Counted from the stretch's first letter, positions 35,877-44,902 are shown. The stretch: DNA of 44,902 nucleotides from Bacilli bacterium (GCA_044341785.1 JBIIRB010000002.1:1-44902); one strand, 5' to 3'. Numbers and translations: made by a program. The notes: generated by a model from the sequence alone, not told the origin.

Positions 35877-37269
35877 TTTTCTTCAGCAAACGGCTACATT
35901 GTTGTTCAAATGCAAGCATTGTCCCATTATTTTTTACAAGAATATTCACTTCATGAAGGTGATCTTTAAACGTATTAAAACGATTCAACTCGATTAACCT
36001 AGCAGCATAATTAGAACTTCGTTTTTTTAATCGTTCAAGCTGCATTTTAGGATCAATTTCAATACCGATAATCTGATTGCAATTTTCGGTAAAATTCGCT
36101 TTGAAAAGCAGTGGCATTTCAACCATCACAATGGGTGCCTTACAACGATTAATCGTTTTAATAATGTTGCGAATCACAAGCGGATGAATGAATTGTTCTA
36201 ACTGCTTTAATACCTGAGGGCTCTCAGTGATTTTGGTTAAGACGAATGCTGAGTTTACTTTTCCATCGATTACAGCATCCTGACCCAGCATTTTTGTTAG
36301 TCGCCTTTGAATTGATTTTTTTTGATACAGTTTTTTAACAATTTCATCCGATGAAATCGTCATCATATTCATCGATTCAGCTACCTTCATCAATGTACTT
36401 TTTCCCGAAGCGATTTCACCCGTAACCCCGATAACCCAAGGCTTATCATATCGGTACTGGCAGAATCGGCAATAAGTGGTTCCCCGACCATGCAATTGAA
36501 CTTTAATCAAGGGTGTCTGGCAAGTTGGGCAAGGTTTTCCAACTTGTCCATAGGCGACTAATTGATGTTGAAATAAACCGTCTATGCCAGAAGGTGAATG
36601 ATAAGTTCGGATGGTAGTGCCTCCCACTTCAACGGCTTGTTCAATCACTTTTTTAGTTTCAATCAGTAAAGTTTTAATACTACGATCACTGAGTAGTTTG
36701 CCTGGCGTTTGAGGATGAATGCGACTACGAAAGAGAATTTCATCGGCATATATATTTCCAATACCGGCAATGACCGTTTGGTCTAGAAGAATACTTTTGA
36801 TGGCTTTATTCTTAGATTGGATTAGGTTTTTTATCGAAATTTGGTTATCTAAGTCGGAAGGTTCGATGCCTAAATTTTGAAGGGGTGATGTTGTTAAAAC
36901 CTGATTCGTTTTGAATAATTCTAAAGTCCCAAACTTTCGAGTGTCGGCATAGACTAATCTAGTTTGATTGTCTAAATAAAAAACAGCAATAGCGTATTTT
37001 GGCAACTCGTCATGATTGCCAATAAAATAGTATTTTCCTTCCATTCTTAAATGAGACAAGAATGTCCATTGGTTATTTAAGGTAAAAATTAAATATTTAC
37101 CTTTTCGGCTGATATCAATGATCTTAGCGTTTCCAACATGGCGATTAAATTGCACCACGGAAGGTTTCATCATTCTTGGATAAAAACAATCAACTTTAAT
37201 AATCGTTTTGTTGATTAACCATTGAACTAAGGTTTTTCTTACCGTTTCAACTTCAGGTAATTCAGGCAT
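35845..37269 (-). CDS. Fusion protein: formamidopyrimidine-DNA glycosylase (Fpg/MutM) plus dephospho-CoA kinase (CoaE)
   Basis: The N-terminal 'MPELPEVETVR' carries the catalytic Pro2/Glu3. It also has H2TH 'GIGNIYADEILF' and zinc finger 'CPTCQTPLIKVQLHGRGTTYCRFCQ'. After only about 7 residues comes the CoaE P-loop 'IGVTGEIASGKST', then 'IHPLV' and 'EMPLLF'. It is one uninterrupted 474-codon frame. Confidence 0.9.
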   Translation of the reverse strand: MPELPEVETVRKTLVQWLINKTIIKVDCFYPRMMKPSVVQFNRHVGNAKIIDISRKGKYLIFTLNNQWTFLSHLRMEGKYYFIGNHDELPKYAIAVFYLDNQTRLVYADTRKFGTLELFKTNQVLTTSPLQNLGIEPSDLDNQISIKNLIQSKNKAIKSILLDQTVIAGIGNIYADEILFRSRIHPQTPGKLLSDRSIKTLLIETKKVIEQAVEVGGTTIRTYHSPSGIDGLFQHQLVAYGQVGKPCPTCQTPLIKVQLHGRGTTYCRFCQYRYDKPWVIGVTGEIASGKSTLMKVAESMNMMTISSDEIVKKLYQKKSIQRRLTKMLGQDAVIDGKVNSAFVLTKITESPQVLKQLEQFIHPLVIRNIIKTINRCKAPIVMVEMPLLFKANFTENCNQIIGIEIDPKMQLERLKKRSSNYAARLIELNRFNTFKDHLHEVNILVKNNGTMLAFEQQCSRLLKKIITEHSARLT

Positions 37270-37270
37270 A

Positions 37271-39862
37271 TTACTTTAAATCATACCAAGTCAAGGCATG
37301 ATGTCCATCCACTTTTATTTTCACCTTAAAAGCGATTGCATTTTCCATGATAAATTGAATGCTTTTCTGAACAATAGCGAGTTCATCATGCGGCACTTTA
37401 AAAATTAGTTCATCATGGACTTGCAAGATTAATCTTGTTTTAAACTGTTCTTGTTCAAGCATCGCTTGAATCTTGATCATCGCAACTTTAATTAAATCGG
37501 CCGCAGTGCCTTGGATGGGAGCATTCATAGCAGCTCGTTTGGCAAATTCACGATTTTGGTAATTGCTATCGTTGATTTCTCGTAAATAACGCCGCCGCCC
37601 AAGAATCGTTTTAACATATTTTTGTGATTGCACATCCTCAATGAGACGATGCATATACGTTTTGATTTCAGGATAAGCTTCATAGAATTGCGAAATGATT
37701 TCTCTTGCTTCATTAGGAGGAACGTTCAATTGTTCAGCTAAACCCCAATCCGATATTCCATAAATGATGCCAAAATTAACGGCTTTCGCTTGGCGTCGCA
37801 TCATGGATGTTACTGCTCCACCATGAGCAAAAATCTTTTTTGCTGTTGCGGTATGGATGTCTTCATCTTGATTAAATACTTCGATTAAAGGGGCACATTG
37901 ACTTAATTCGGCAAGAATGCGTAATTCAATTTGTGAATAATCAAAGGATAATAATTCAAATGCTGCTTGAGGATAGTAAAAAGCTTTCCTAATTAAACGA
38001 CCTTCTTCATCCTTAACGGCAATATTTTGCAAATTAGGTTCATTGGAAGATAAACGGCCAGTGGTGGTTAATGCTTGGTTAAACATCGCATGCAATTTAC
38101 CATCCGGATAGACATGTTCTTGCAACGCATCAATATAGGTGGAAATCAGTTTGGCATATTTGCGATAGTCAAGAATTTTATTAACAATAGGATGATCCTC
38201 TGCAAGCGATTTAAGGACATCCACAGACGTTGATTGTTTTTTATTACTTTGCAGTCCTAAATCTTGAAACAGCACTTCAGATACTTGTTTAGGGGAAGCA
38301 ATATTAAAGGTTTTACCTGCTAAAACAAAAATTTGCTTTTCAAGTTCAACGAGTTTGTGACGATAGTCTTCGCCCATGGTTTTTAATAAGTTTTGGTCTA
38401 AAGGAACCCCTTCTAGTTCCATTTTTGAAAGCACAATCGCAAGCGGTTGCTCAACGTCAAATAGTAAGTTTTCAGCTTGTTTAGCATTCAGTTCTTGAAG
38501 CACACGTGGAAACAATTGCACGGTTTGCAACGCAAGTTTAGCAATCAGTTCAGGTTGAGAAGGATTGAGTAAATCCGTTTTCACGAGGTTGGGCGTCATA
38601 ATACCAAAATATTGAAGAACTGCTTCTTTTTTATGGGATTGATTCGTATCAAGGGTATAACTAGCTAACATGAGATCAAATGCCCATCCATGGATTTCCC
38701 ATCCTAATTTGGCAAAAACAACGGTGATGGCTTTGATATCAAAACCATATTTTTGAATACTTTTTTGCGCGAACACTTTTTTTAAATGGACCGCTTTTTC
38801 AAGCGAACTTGCGGCAAGATAAAACGCTTCGTTATTAAACGAAAGACCAATGCCTAAAAGGGTTTCTTTATGATAATTTTCACCTTGAATATCTAGACAA
38901 ATACCAAGCTTAGCGATATTTTCAGCAGGTAAATCTTCGATCATTGTATAAGTAAAAGGAACTTCTTTTTCACTCGATTTTTTAAGATGACTTGGCAAGC
39001 GATTGAGTAACGTACGAAGTTCATAGGTTTTTGAAAAACTAGCAATCGTATCAAAATCATACCCAAGGTATGATGTGTTTTCGATTTGAAAAGGAAGATC
39101 GATTTGCGTGTCGATCATCGCAAGCTGTTTCGAGAGTTTACCGATTTCTAAATGTTGAGTAATATTGGCACCAATTTTGCCCCCGATTTCTGCAACATTG
39201 GCAACAACATTTTCAAACGTACCGTATTGGGTTAATAACTTGATTGCTGTTTTCTCCCCAATACCAGGAATGCCCGGAATGTTATCCGAGGCGTCCCCAA
39301 CTAAACCTTTGTAATCAGGGACTTGTTTAGGAGTAATACCATAATCTGCCAAGACGAGTTCAGGAGTCATTTCACGAATATCACTGACACCTTTTTTGAT
39401 GAGGTGAACTTTAACACCCCCATTCACCATTTGTAAAAAGTCACGATCAGAAGTATAAAGATGGACTGGATGACCAGCTTCATAACAGCGGAAAGCAAAA
39501 GAACCTGCCACATCATCGGCTTCAAAACCAGATTTTTCAAAAGTAAAAATATTCAGTGCTTTTAAAAGCTGACGTGCAATCGGAAACTGCAGAATCAAAT
39601 CCTGAGGAACCGGTTTACGTTGAGCTTTATAAGTTTCTAATTGAGTATGGCGAAAGGTGGGTTCACCCGTGTCAAACGCCACAAGAAGATGATCACCGAG
39701 GGCAATCGAACTAATTAGTTTCAAAATCATATTAGCAAAAACAAAAATAGCATTCGTAGGTGTGCCATCTTGAGTACGCATCAACGTTTCACTTGAATAA
39801 GCAGAAGCGAAATAAGCACGAAATAATAATGAATTTCCATCAATGATGATGACTTGGTTCAT
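37271..39862 (-). CDS. polA: DNA polymerase I
   Basis: It has the 5'-nuclease domain ('IIIDGNSLLFRAYFA', 'GVKVHL..', 'DNIPGIPGIGEKTA'), a central 3'-5' exo-like domain, and pol motifs 'DYSQIELRILA', 'RRQAKAVNFGIIYG' and 'LQVHDELIF'. The stop lies 1 nt before the fpg-coaE start. Confidence 0.96.
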   Translation of the reverse strand: MNQVIIIDGNSLLFRAYFASAYSSETLMRTQDGTPTNAIFVFANMILKLISSIALGDHLLVAFDTGEPTFRHTQLETYKAQRKPVPQDLILQFPIARQLLKALNIFTFEKSGFEADDVAGSFAFRCYEAGHPVHLYTSDRDFLQMVNGGVKVHLIKKGVSDIREMTPELVLADYGITPKQVPDYKGLVGDASDNIPGIPGIGEKTAIKLLTQYGTFENVVANVAEIGGKIGANITQHLEIGKLSKQLAMIDTQIDLPFQIENTSYLGYDFDTIASFSKTYELRTLLNRLPSHLKKSSEKEVPFTYTMIEDLPAENIAKLGICLDIQGENYHKETLLGIGLSFNNEAFYLAASSLEKAVHLKKVFAQKSIQKYGFDIKAITVVFAKLGWEIHGWAFDLMLASYTLDTNQSHKKEAVLQYFGIMTPNLVKTDLLNPSQPELIAKLALQTVQLFPRVLQELNAKQAENLLFDVEQPLAIVLSKMELEGVPLDQNLLKTMGEDYRHKLVELEKQIFVLAGKTFNIASPKQVSEVLFQDLGLQSNKKQSTSVDVLKSLAEDHPIVNKILDYRKYAKLISTYIDALQEHVYPDGKLHAMFNQALTTTGRLSSNEPNLQNIAVKDEEGRLIRKAFYYPQAAFELLSFDYSQIELRILAELSQCAPLIEVFNQDEDIHTATAKKIFAHGGAVTSMMRRQAKAVNFGIIYGISDWGLAEQLNVPPNEAREIISQFYEAYPEIKTYMHRLIEDVQSQKYVKTILGRRRYLREINDSNYQNREFAKRAAMNAPIQGTAADLIKVAMIKIQAMLEQEQFKTRLILQVHDELIFKVPHDELAIVQKSIQFIMENAIAFKVKIKVDGHHALTWYDLK

Positions 39863-42800
39863 GATTTAGGTTCCGCGATGATTTCTACTTTATCAGCGAT
39901 GAAATTTTTTCCTCTACTTTCATCGAACTTACCCGTAATGACCACCAAAAGATTTTTTTCAAGTTTTAAACCGATATCAGCATATAGTTTTGGAAATACA
40001 ACCACATCAATCATGCTCGAGTCATCGATGATGGTGATGAACGCCATCGCATCATTGTTTTTTGTTTTTACGGTTTTTTTAGATTTGATGTAGCCACCAA
40101 TTTGCTGCGTGTTTCCGGAGGTTACCACATCAGCAATTGCGGTTAATTTTCGATTGGGAATCGCAATGCGTGGACGACCTTGCACTTGACCTGTTATCGG
40201 CATGCCAAGAATTTCTTTTTCTTTTTCTAAGTTGAGCAAGGGATCATCATTGGCTTCTACGAGCGAAAGTTTTGGTAATTGAGGCGATTCAATGAATCCT
40301 TCTTGACCCGTACTTTCTAAATAATTGACGGAGGCGTAAAGCAAGATGTTTGGAATTGACATGCGCAGACTTGCTCGAGATTTATGCAGCGAATCAAACG
40401 CACCGGCATCGATGAGTTTTTCTAATAAAATCGGTGAAAATTTCGGTTCATACATCCGGAGAGCAAAATCAAAGATATCATCAAAAACTCCATTCAATTC
40501 ACGTTCTTCAAGGATTGCTTTGATCACATCTTTCGAGATGCCTTTAATACCGGATAAAGGATACAATAAGCCTGTTTCATGGCTTACAAAATAGGTCGAT
40601 GAATGGTTGATATGAGGCAATTGAAGTTGGATACGAAAAGCCTTGAGTTCATCTAAATAAGAAGAAAGTTTACCTTCATTGCTTAATGAGGTTTGATCGA
40701 GAACACTTGCAAAAAACTCGTGGGGATAAACCGCTTTTAAGTAGGCCATTTGACACGACAAGGTAGCATAGGCAACAGAATGGGATTTATTAAAACCGTA
40801 ATCCGCAAATTTCATAATATGATTGAAGACGGATAAAGCATGGTTTGATTTATAACCTTGAGTCAAAGCCCCTTCTAAAAAAGCATCGCGAAGGGATTCG
40901 AGTGATTTAACATCCTTTTTCGAAATCGAGCGTCTGAAATCATCCGCTTTTGCTAACGTAAAACCCGCCATGATTTGAGCAATTTTCATGATTTGTTCTT
41001 GATAGACGATGATGCCAAAAGTAGGATTAAGAACGGCATTGAGCTGTGGATCTAAACTAGCAAAAGTTTCTTTACCTTCTTTACGCGCAATATAAGACTT
41101 GATGTTATCCATCGGTCCTGGTCGATAAAGGGCAAGTATAGCAACAATATCTTCAAAACTTTTTGGGTTAAGCTCCTTGATGGTCTTTCGCATGCCTTCG
41201 GTTTCAAGTTGAAAAATACCTAAAGTATGGCCCGTTTTTAATAATTCAAAAATGCGGGAATCAGTTGTGGGGATTTGAGCCATGTTTAATTTAACATGAT
41301 GATTTTTTTCGATGAGTTGTAGTGTACGCTCAACCGTTGTTAGATTTCGGAGACCAAGAAGATCGATTTTTAAAAAACCTTGCGGTTCTAAATAATTCAT
41401 TTCATATTGCGTGACTAAAAAGCTTCCGTTGTCAATCAGCGGTAAAACATCATTCAGTGTCGTTTGATTTAAAACAACACCTGCGGGGTGCAAACCACTT
41501 TGTCTGACAAAACCTTCAATTTTATGCGCTAATTTAATGACTTCAGCACATTCGGGATCGGTATCAAACAATTGTTTGAATGCTTGATTGTGTTTATAAG
41601 CGCCTCGTAAATCCAATTTTGAATCGGTTAAAGTTTTTGAAATGAGATCGATTGTCTTGGATGAAAACTGGTAAACGCGACCAATATCTCGAATCGCTTG
41701 TTTGGCTTGGATGGTTTGAAAAGTAATAATATTGGCTACTCTAGTAGAATCATATTTATGGCGTAAATAAGTGACAATTTGCTCACGATCAATATCAGAA
41801 AAATCAATATCGATATCCGGAAGATTTTTACGACCAGGATTTAAAAAGCGTTCAAACAATAACTGATGCTCAATCGGATCAATTTCGGTAATTCCTAAAG
41901 CAAAAGCGACTAATGAACCTGGCGCAGATCCACGGCCCGGACCAACTGAGATATGTTTGTTTTTAGCATAATTTACAAAATCTGCCACGATTAAAAAATA
42001 ATCCGAAAAGCCTAGCTCATCAATGACTTTTAGCTCACTATCAAGACGATGGAAATATTCAATTTTAGAAAAATCAATCGTGCGTTTTTGAAGACCTTCG
42101 ATGGCGTCCATTCGCAACGTGGTTGTTGCATCAGATTGAGCGGGAACCGGGTATTTTAAAAGACTGCCGCGTTTGATCATGAAATCAAACTTGCATAAAC
42201 TCGCAATCTTGAGTGTTTGAGCGAGTTCTTGTTCAGAATAACGTTGTTGAAGCGTCGGTAAATGCTCAAAGTAAAAAGGGCCAGACTTTTCTTTGTCACT
42301 TAAAGTATTTCCTTTGGAAATGGCATTTAAAATATCAAGAACGATGGCATCATTTGCCTTTGGATATTTGATGAGAGGAAAAGCCACAAGTTCGAAGTGA
42401 TGCGACGTTTCTAAACCTCTTAAAAACGAAACTAATTTTTCATCTTCTGGAAGATAATTTTCTACCCCTAAATAAAATTGTTTAAACAATTGGAAAAGGG
42501 GCTTGATATGTTGGATGACGACTTCTTGACCACGTAAATAAAGGTCTTGAAACTTAGCGTTGCGCGTGTGGTAAACAAGAATTAATCCTTCATTGTGGTG
42601 TTTGAGTTGTTCTAAAGTAATTGGGTTTCTTGAGACTAAGGTTGATAATTGGCATAAGTTTAAATAACCAAGTTCATCCATCGCAAAAAGCGAAATTGAA
42701 TGGGTTTGTTCGATTAAAAGATCGAGTCCAATGACCGGTTTTATCGATTGCTTTTTGGCAAGCGTGAAAAATTCAGGGACACCAAACAAGACATCGATAT

Positions 42801-42915
42801 CGGAAATCGCAGCTGTTGTAAATTGATGTTCTTTTAAGCTTAAAAGGAGTCGTTCAATTGTAAAACCACTTTGTAAGAAAGAATAGGATGTATGGATATG
42901 AAGCGGTACGAACAC
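39859..42915 (-). CDS. dnaE: DNA polymerase III alpha subunit, DnaE type
   Basis: It has the PHP domain 'FVPLHIHTSYSFLQSG', 'GPGRGSAPGSLVAFALGIT', 'LPDIDIDF', 'FNKSHSVAYA', and a C-terminal OB fold. It starts at GTG with SD 'GAGGA'. ATGA overlap with polA. Confidence 0.95.
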   Translation of the reverse strand: MFVPLHIHTSYSFLQSGFTIERLLLSLKEHQFTTAAISDIDVLFGVPEFFTLAKKQSIKPVIGLDLLIEQTHSISLFAMDELGYLNLCQLSTLVSRNPITLEQLKHHNEGLILVYHTRNAKFQDLYLRGQEVVIQHIKPLFQLFKQFYLGVENYLPEDEKLVSFLRGLETSHHFELVAFPLIKYPKANDAIVLDILNAISKGNTLSDKEKSGPFYFEHLPTLQQRYSEQELAQTLKIASLCKFDFMIKRGSLLKYPVPAQSDATTTLRMDAIEGLQKRTIDFSKIEYFHRLDSELKVIDELGFSDYFLIVADFVNYAKNKHISVGPGRGSAPGSLVAFALGITEIDPIEHQLLFERFLNPGRKNLPDIDIDFSDIDREQIVTYLRHKYDSTRVANIITFQTIQAKQAIRDIGRVYQFSSKTIDLISKTLTDSKLDLRGAYKHNQAFKQLFDTDPECAEVIKLAHKIEGFVRQSGLHPAGVVLNQTTLNDVLPLIDNGSFLVTQYEMNYLEPQGFLKIDLLGLRNLTTVERTLQLIEKNHHVKLNMAQIPTTDSRIFELLKTGHTLGIFQLETEGMRKTIKELNPKSFEDIVAILALYRPGPMDNIKSYIARKEGKETFASLDPQLNAVLNPTFGIIVYQEQIMKIAQIMAGFTLAKADDFRRSISKKDVKSLESLRDAFLEGALTQGYKSNHALSVFNHIMKFADYGFNKSHSVAYATLSCQMAYLKAVYPHEFFASVLDQTSLSNEGKLSSYLDELKAFRIQLQLPHINHSSTYFVSHETGLLYPLSGIKGISKDVIKAILEERELNGVFDDIFDFALRMYEPKFSPILLEKLIDAGAFDSLHKSRASLRMSIPNILLYASVNYLESTGQEGFIESPQLPKLSLVEANDDPLLNLEKEKEILGMPITGQVQGRPRIAIPNRKLTAIADVVTSGNTQQIGGYIKSKKTVKTKNNDAMAFITIIDDSSMIDVVVFPKLYADIGLKLEKNLLVVITGKFDESRGKNFIADKVEIIAEPKS

Positions 42916-42936
42916 AGTGGTTTCCTCATTGCTTTT

Positions 42937-42945
42937 ATTTTAACA
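42937..42945 (-). promoter_or_regulatory. Candidate extended -10 (TGTTAAAAT) for dnaE
   Basis: The minus strand reads 'TGTTAAAAT' about 21 nt upstream of the dnaE GTG, with the SD in between. Confidence 0.4.
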
Positions 42946-42970
42946 TAGCCTTGCTTTAACTTGAGTGAAT

Positions 42971-43966
42971 TTAAAGCAATGCGTCTAATGCTTCAATCAA
43001 TTTTTCTAAATCCGCGAGTGAATTTAACTTAGCACCAGAAGCTTGTGCGTGACCGCCACCTTCGAATTGAGCGGCTACGCCATTGATTGCTTTTTCTTTA
43101 GAACGAATCGAAACACGCCAAACTTTATCTTTTGGGTCTTCGGTAATCGAACACCAAGCATGGATGCCTTCAATGTTAGCAAACTGATTCACATTTTCTT
43201 TGCCTCGTTCGGCGGTAATTTTTAAACTTTTTTGAATGTCATCAGGTAGCACATAATAAGCAACGCCCTTGGGAGAAACTTTAAAATGATTAAGAATATA
43301 GGCAGTAACTTTAAGATCGTCTAATTGTTTCTGATACATCGGGGTATAAACATCTTTGGATAAATGAATACCTGTTTTTAATAATAACTTTGCAATTTCA
43401 AAGGTTCTTCCGGTTGTTGAACTGTATAAAAAGCGACCAGAATCTCCTGCAATACCCGTATAAAAATATTTAGCGGATGCTTGGCTTAATTGGTGTTTTT
43501 TTGAAAAATGCATGATCATATTCACAACCAATTCTGACGCTGCACAAAATGTGGTATCAACAACCACCACGTCACCATAAGGTTCGTGATTCGGGTGATG
43601 ATCAATTTTGACTTTAATAGAAGCTTTTTCATAACGGGCATCGCTAATACGATCGCGATTAGCGGTATCAACGATCAGAGCAAGAAAAGGTTTATCAAAC
43701 CAACCATCTTCAATGACTTCCATCTTGGGATAAAGGCGCGGAGTAAACGTGACGTGATCATCACCAACAAAACGAATTGTTTTTTTAGGAAAGTTGTCTT
43801 TTAACCAAGTTACCAGGCCCATTTGTGTTCCTAAGGCGTCAAAATCAGGAATCTTATGACGAAAAACGACAATCCGATCATGGTTGACGATTTGTTTATA
43901 AATGGTGTTAAATGCCTTAGCCATGACAGGCGAGACACTAAGAATCGAGTTATTTTTAAAAAACAT
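42971..43966 (-). CDS. nrnA: DHH/DHHA1 phosphoesterase (NrnA-like oligoribonuclease / pAp phosphatase)
   Basis: Contains 'HKIPDFDALGT', 'VDTAN', 'KIDHHPN', and the DHHA1 motif 'GGGHAQASGA'. SD 'GAGG' lies 6 nt before the ATG. Confidence 0.85.
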   Translation of the reverse strand: MFFKNNSILSVSPVMAKAFNTIYKQIVNHDRIVVFRHKIPDFDALGTQMGLVTWLKDNFPKKTIRFVGDDHVTFTPRLYPKMEVIEDGWFDKPFLALIVDTANRDRISDARYEKASIKVKIDHHPNHEPYGDVVVVDTTFCAASELVVNMIMHFSKKHQLSQASAKYFYTGIAGDSGRFLYSSTTGRTFEIAKLLLKTGIHLSKDVYTPMYQKQLDDLKVTAYILNHFKVSPKGVAYYVLPDDIQKSLKITAERGKENVNQFANIEGIHAWCSITEDPKDKVWRVSIRSKEKAINGVAAQFEGGGHAQASGAKLNSLADLEKLIEALDALL

Positions 43967-44038
43967 AAGAACCTCGATATTTATTTTACTCGTTAAACCT
44001 GCTGATGAAAAGAAGTTATTTTAATTCAGTTTTTAAGA

Positions 44039-44047
44039 TGTTAAAAT
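44039..44047 (+). promoter_or_regulatory. Candidate extended -10 (TGTTAAAAT) abutting the start of the last ORF
   Basis: 'TGTTAAAAT' ends at 44047. The ATG at 44054 is where a transcription start would be expected, and there is no SD. Confidence 0.35.
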
Positions 44048-44053
44048 GACGTT

Positions 44054-44893
44054 ATGTTGAAACGGCATAATCATCGGTTAAACGCGCAAATCGATTTAGA
44101 ATTTTCATCTTTTTACGCATTAAAGAAAAACGTTCCTCTGATTCAACCGATGATCGATTTTCTCCTTCAACAACAACAAGCTTTGATGAAATTTTCATTT
44201 TTACATCGACACGAAATTTTAAATCATTATCATCAATGGTTTGATCGGTTAAGGTTTGTTGAAAAACCTAACCATACAATTCCCACATCAAATCTTGCTT
44301 TTGCAATCAAAAACTACCTCCACCATCAACCCATCAAACAATGGGGATCTGATTCTGAATTCGAGCAGGATGGATTTTTGCTCATTCGTTTAATCGGCTT
44401 TTTAGCATTGCAGCGAAAGAATGAAAAACCTTTTCCACTTACCAAAAATCCGCAGTTCAATCGTTGGGAAATGTTTGCCCGTTTGACCCATCAACATCCG
44501 CGCAGTTTGGCTGCAGCCTATTTGTACACGTATTGGATTCAAGCACTTAAGTCTAAAAGGACTAGAGGAACCCCAATCGTCCAAAAACAACTTTTCCGAA
44601 ATATTGTAAAAGCAAGTTTAAAGGCGTTAGCTCATCACCAAGAATGGAGTCGCCAGATTCCTTATTTTGCACAGCTATTCCAATCGCGGAAATCTTCCCT
44701 ACTCAATCTTGAATCCATGGTCGAAGAAACACTTCCTAATAACCATTATGTTGTCGATAACCTTATTTCAATTGCATTTATTGTTTTAAAAAGAAAATCA
44801 GCAAAACATGCTATCCAATTGATGCAAAAATATGTACCCGAAAACATGGTTGTTTTGATGGCGAGTATTGATTTAGAACAATGTCTATATTAG
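44054..44893 (+). CDS. Hypothetical protein; possibly a degenerate ADP-ribosylglycohydrolase-fold protein
   Basis: A 279-aa ORF with no competing frame. 'ARLTHQHPRSLAAAYLYTYWIQAL' resembles the 'THxHP' helix of ADP-ribosylglycohydrolases, but I cannot find the metal-binding Asp/Thr motifs. The family assignment is weak. Confidence 0.5.
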   Translation: MLKRHNHRLNAQIDLEFSSFYALKKNVPLIQPMIDFLLQQQQALMKFSFLHRHEILNHYHQWFDRLRFVEKPNHTIPTSNLAFAIKNYLHHQPIKQWGSDSEFEQDGFLLIRLIGFLALQRKNEKPFPLTKNPQFNRWEMFARLTHQHPRSLAAAYLYTYWIQALKSKRTRGTPIVQKQLFRNIVKASLKALAHHQEWSRQIPYFAQLFQSRKSSLLNLESMVEETLPNNHYVVDNLISIAFIVLKRKSAKHAIQLMQKYVPENMVVLMASIDLEQCLY

Positions 44894-44902
44894 CAACTGC
44901 GT

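Noticed and set aside
1-44902. A search for an accessory or defence island: CRISPR repeats, integrase/transposase/recombinase genes, phage genes, toxin-antitoxin pairs, restriction-modification, nucleotide-signalling or NTPase/nuclease defence modules, tRNA/rRNA genes.
   Set aside because: Every long ORF except three (1630-2160, 7668-8318, 44054-44893) has a clear housekeeping assignment. The only intergenic gaps of about 180-245 nt are explained by the T-box leaders and the rpsD promoter/leader region, and the L20-type leader fills a shorter one. I saw no direct or inverted repeat arrays. The window reads as core chromosome, so I do not claim a novel multi-gene system.
1-44902. Mollicutes-type genetic code 4 (TGA = Trp), considered given the reduced, Mollicutes-like features.
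   Set aside because: Conserved proteins reach full family length under the standard code. Several genes end at TGA exactly where homologues end and where the next gene starts (ATGA couplings at 5257, 7000, 15811, 18419, 19492, 30403 and 39859).

Overview
This 44.9 kb window is AT-rich, very tightly packed core chromosome from a low-GC Gram-positive (Bacillota) or Mollicutes/Erysipelotrichia-like organism. It uses the standard genetic code: conserved genes read through full length with TGA as stop. About 41 protein genes are supportable and almost all are housekeeping. On the + strand: priA (5' cut), a small Cys/His-tailed unknown, an rsmB-like gene, rlmN, PP2C phosphatase, Ser/Thr kinase, rsgA, rpe and a membrane protein. 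Then come rpmB (-), glgC-glgD-glgA, a T-box leader plus leuS, and an overlapping seven-gene string: coaX, ECF S-component, pepV, trmB, M42 peptidase, ytpR-like, NAPRTase. A CcpA-like LacI regulator is fused end to end with tyrS. Further on are rpsD (-) with a long leader, an EzrA-like protein, rplT-rpmI-infC (-) with an L20-type leader, and thrS (-) with a T-box leader. These are followed by glucokinase-pyk-pfkA (-) headed by an AdoMetDC-like gene, dnaB(DnaD-type)-dnaI (+), a fused mutM-coaE, polA and dnaE (-), nrnA (-), and a final unknown. Gene order recalls compacted versions of the Bacillus subtilis ylo (priA..rpmB) and yt (nrnA-dnaE..polA-mutM-coaE..speD..dnaB-dnaI..thrS..infC) regions. 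I found no tRNA or rRNA genes, CRISPR arrays, transposases, integrases, phage genes, toxin-antitoxin pairs or recognisable defence genes, so I cannot support a claim of a new multi-gene system here. The things worth a second look are single-gene architectural oddities. (1) An internally duplicated AdoMetDC-fold protein with one dead and one intact pyruvoyl-processing site, at the head of the glycolytic operon. (2) An in-frame Fpg-CoaE fusion. (3) A run of motif-degenerate pseudoenzyme-like genes: an RsmB-like protein without SAM loop or catalytic Cys, DnaI with a damaged P-loop, a ROK kinase without zinc cysteines, and a possible dead ADP-ribosylglycohydrolase-like protein. (4) Anchor-less versions of EzrA and PrkC. 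(5) A Cys/His-tailed unknown sitting where def-fmt normally lies. (6) A CcpA-like regulator, preceded by a perfect cre palindrome, that replaces the expected T-box control of tyrS.
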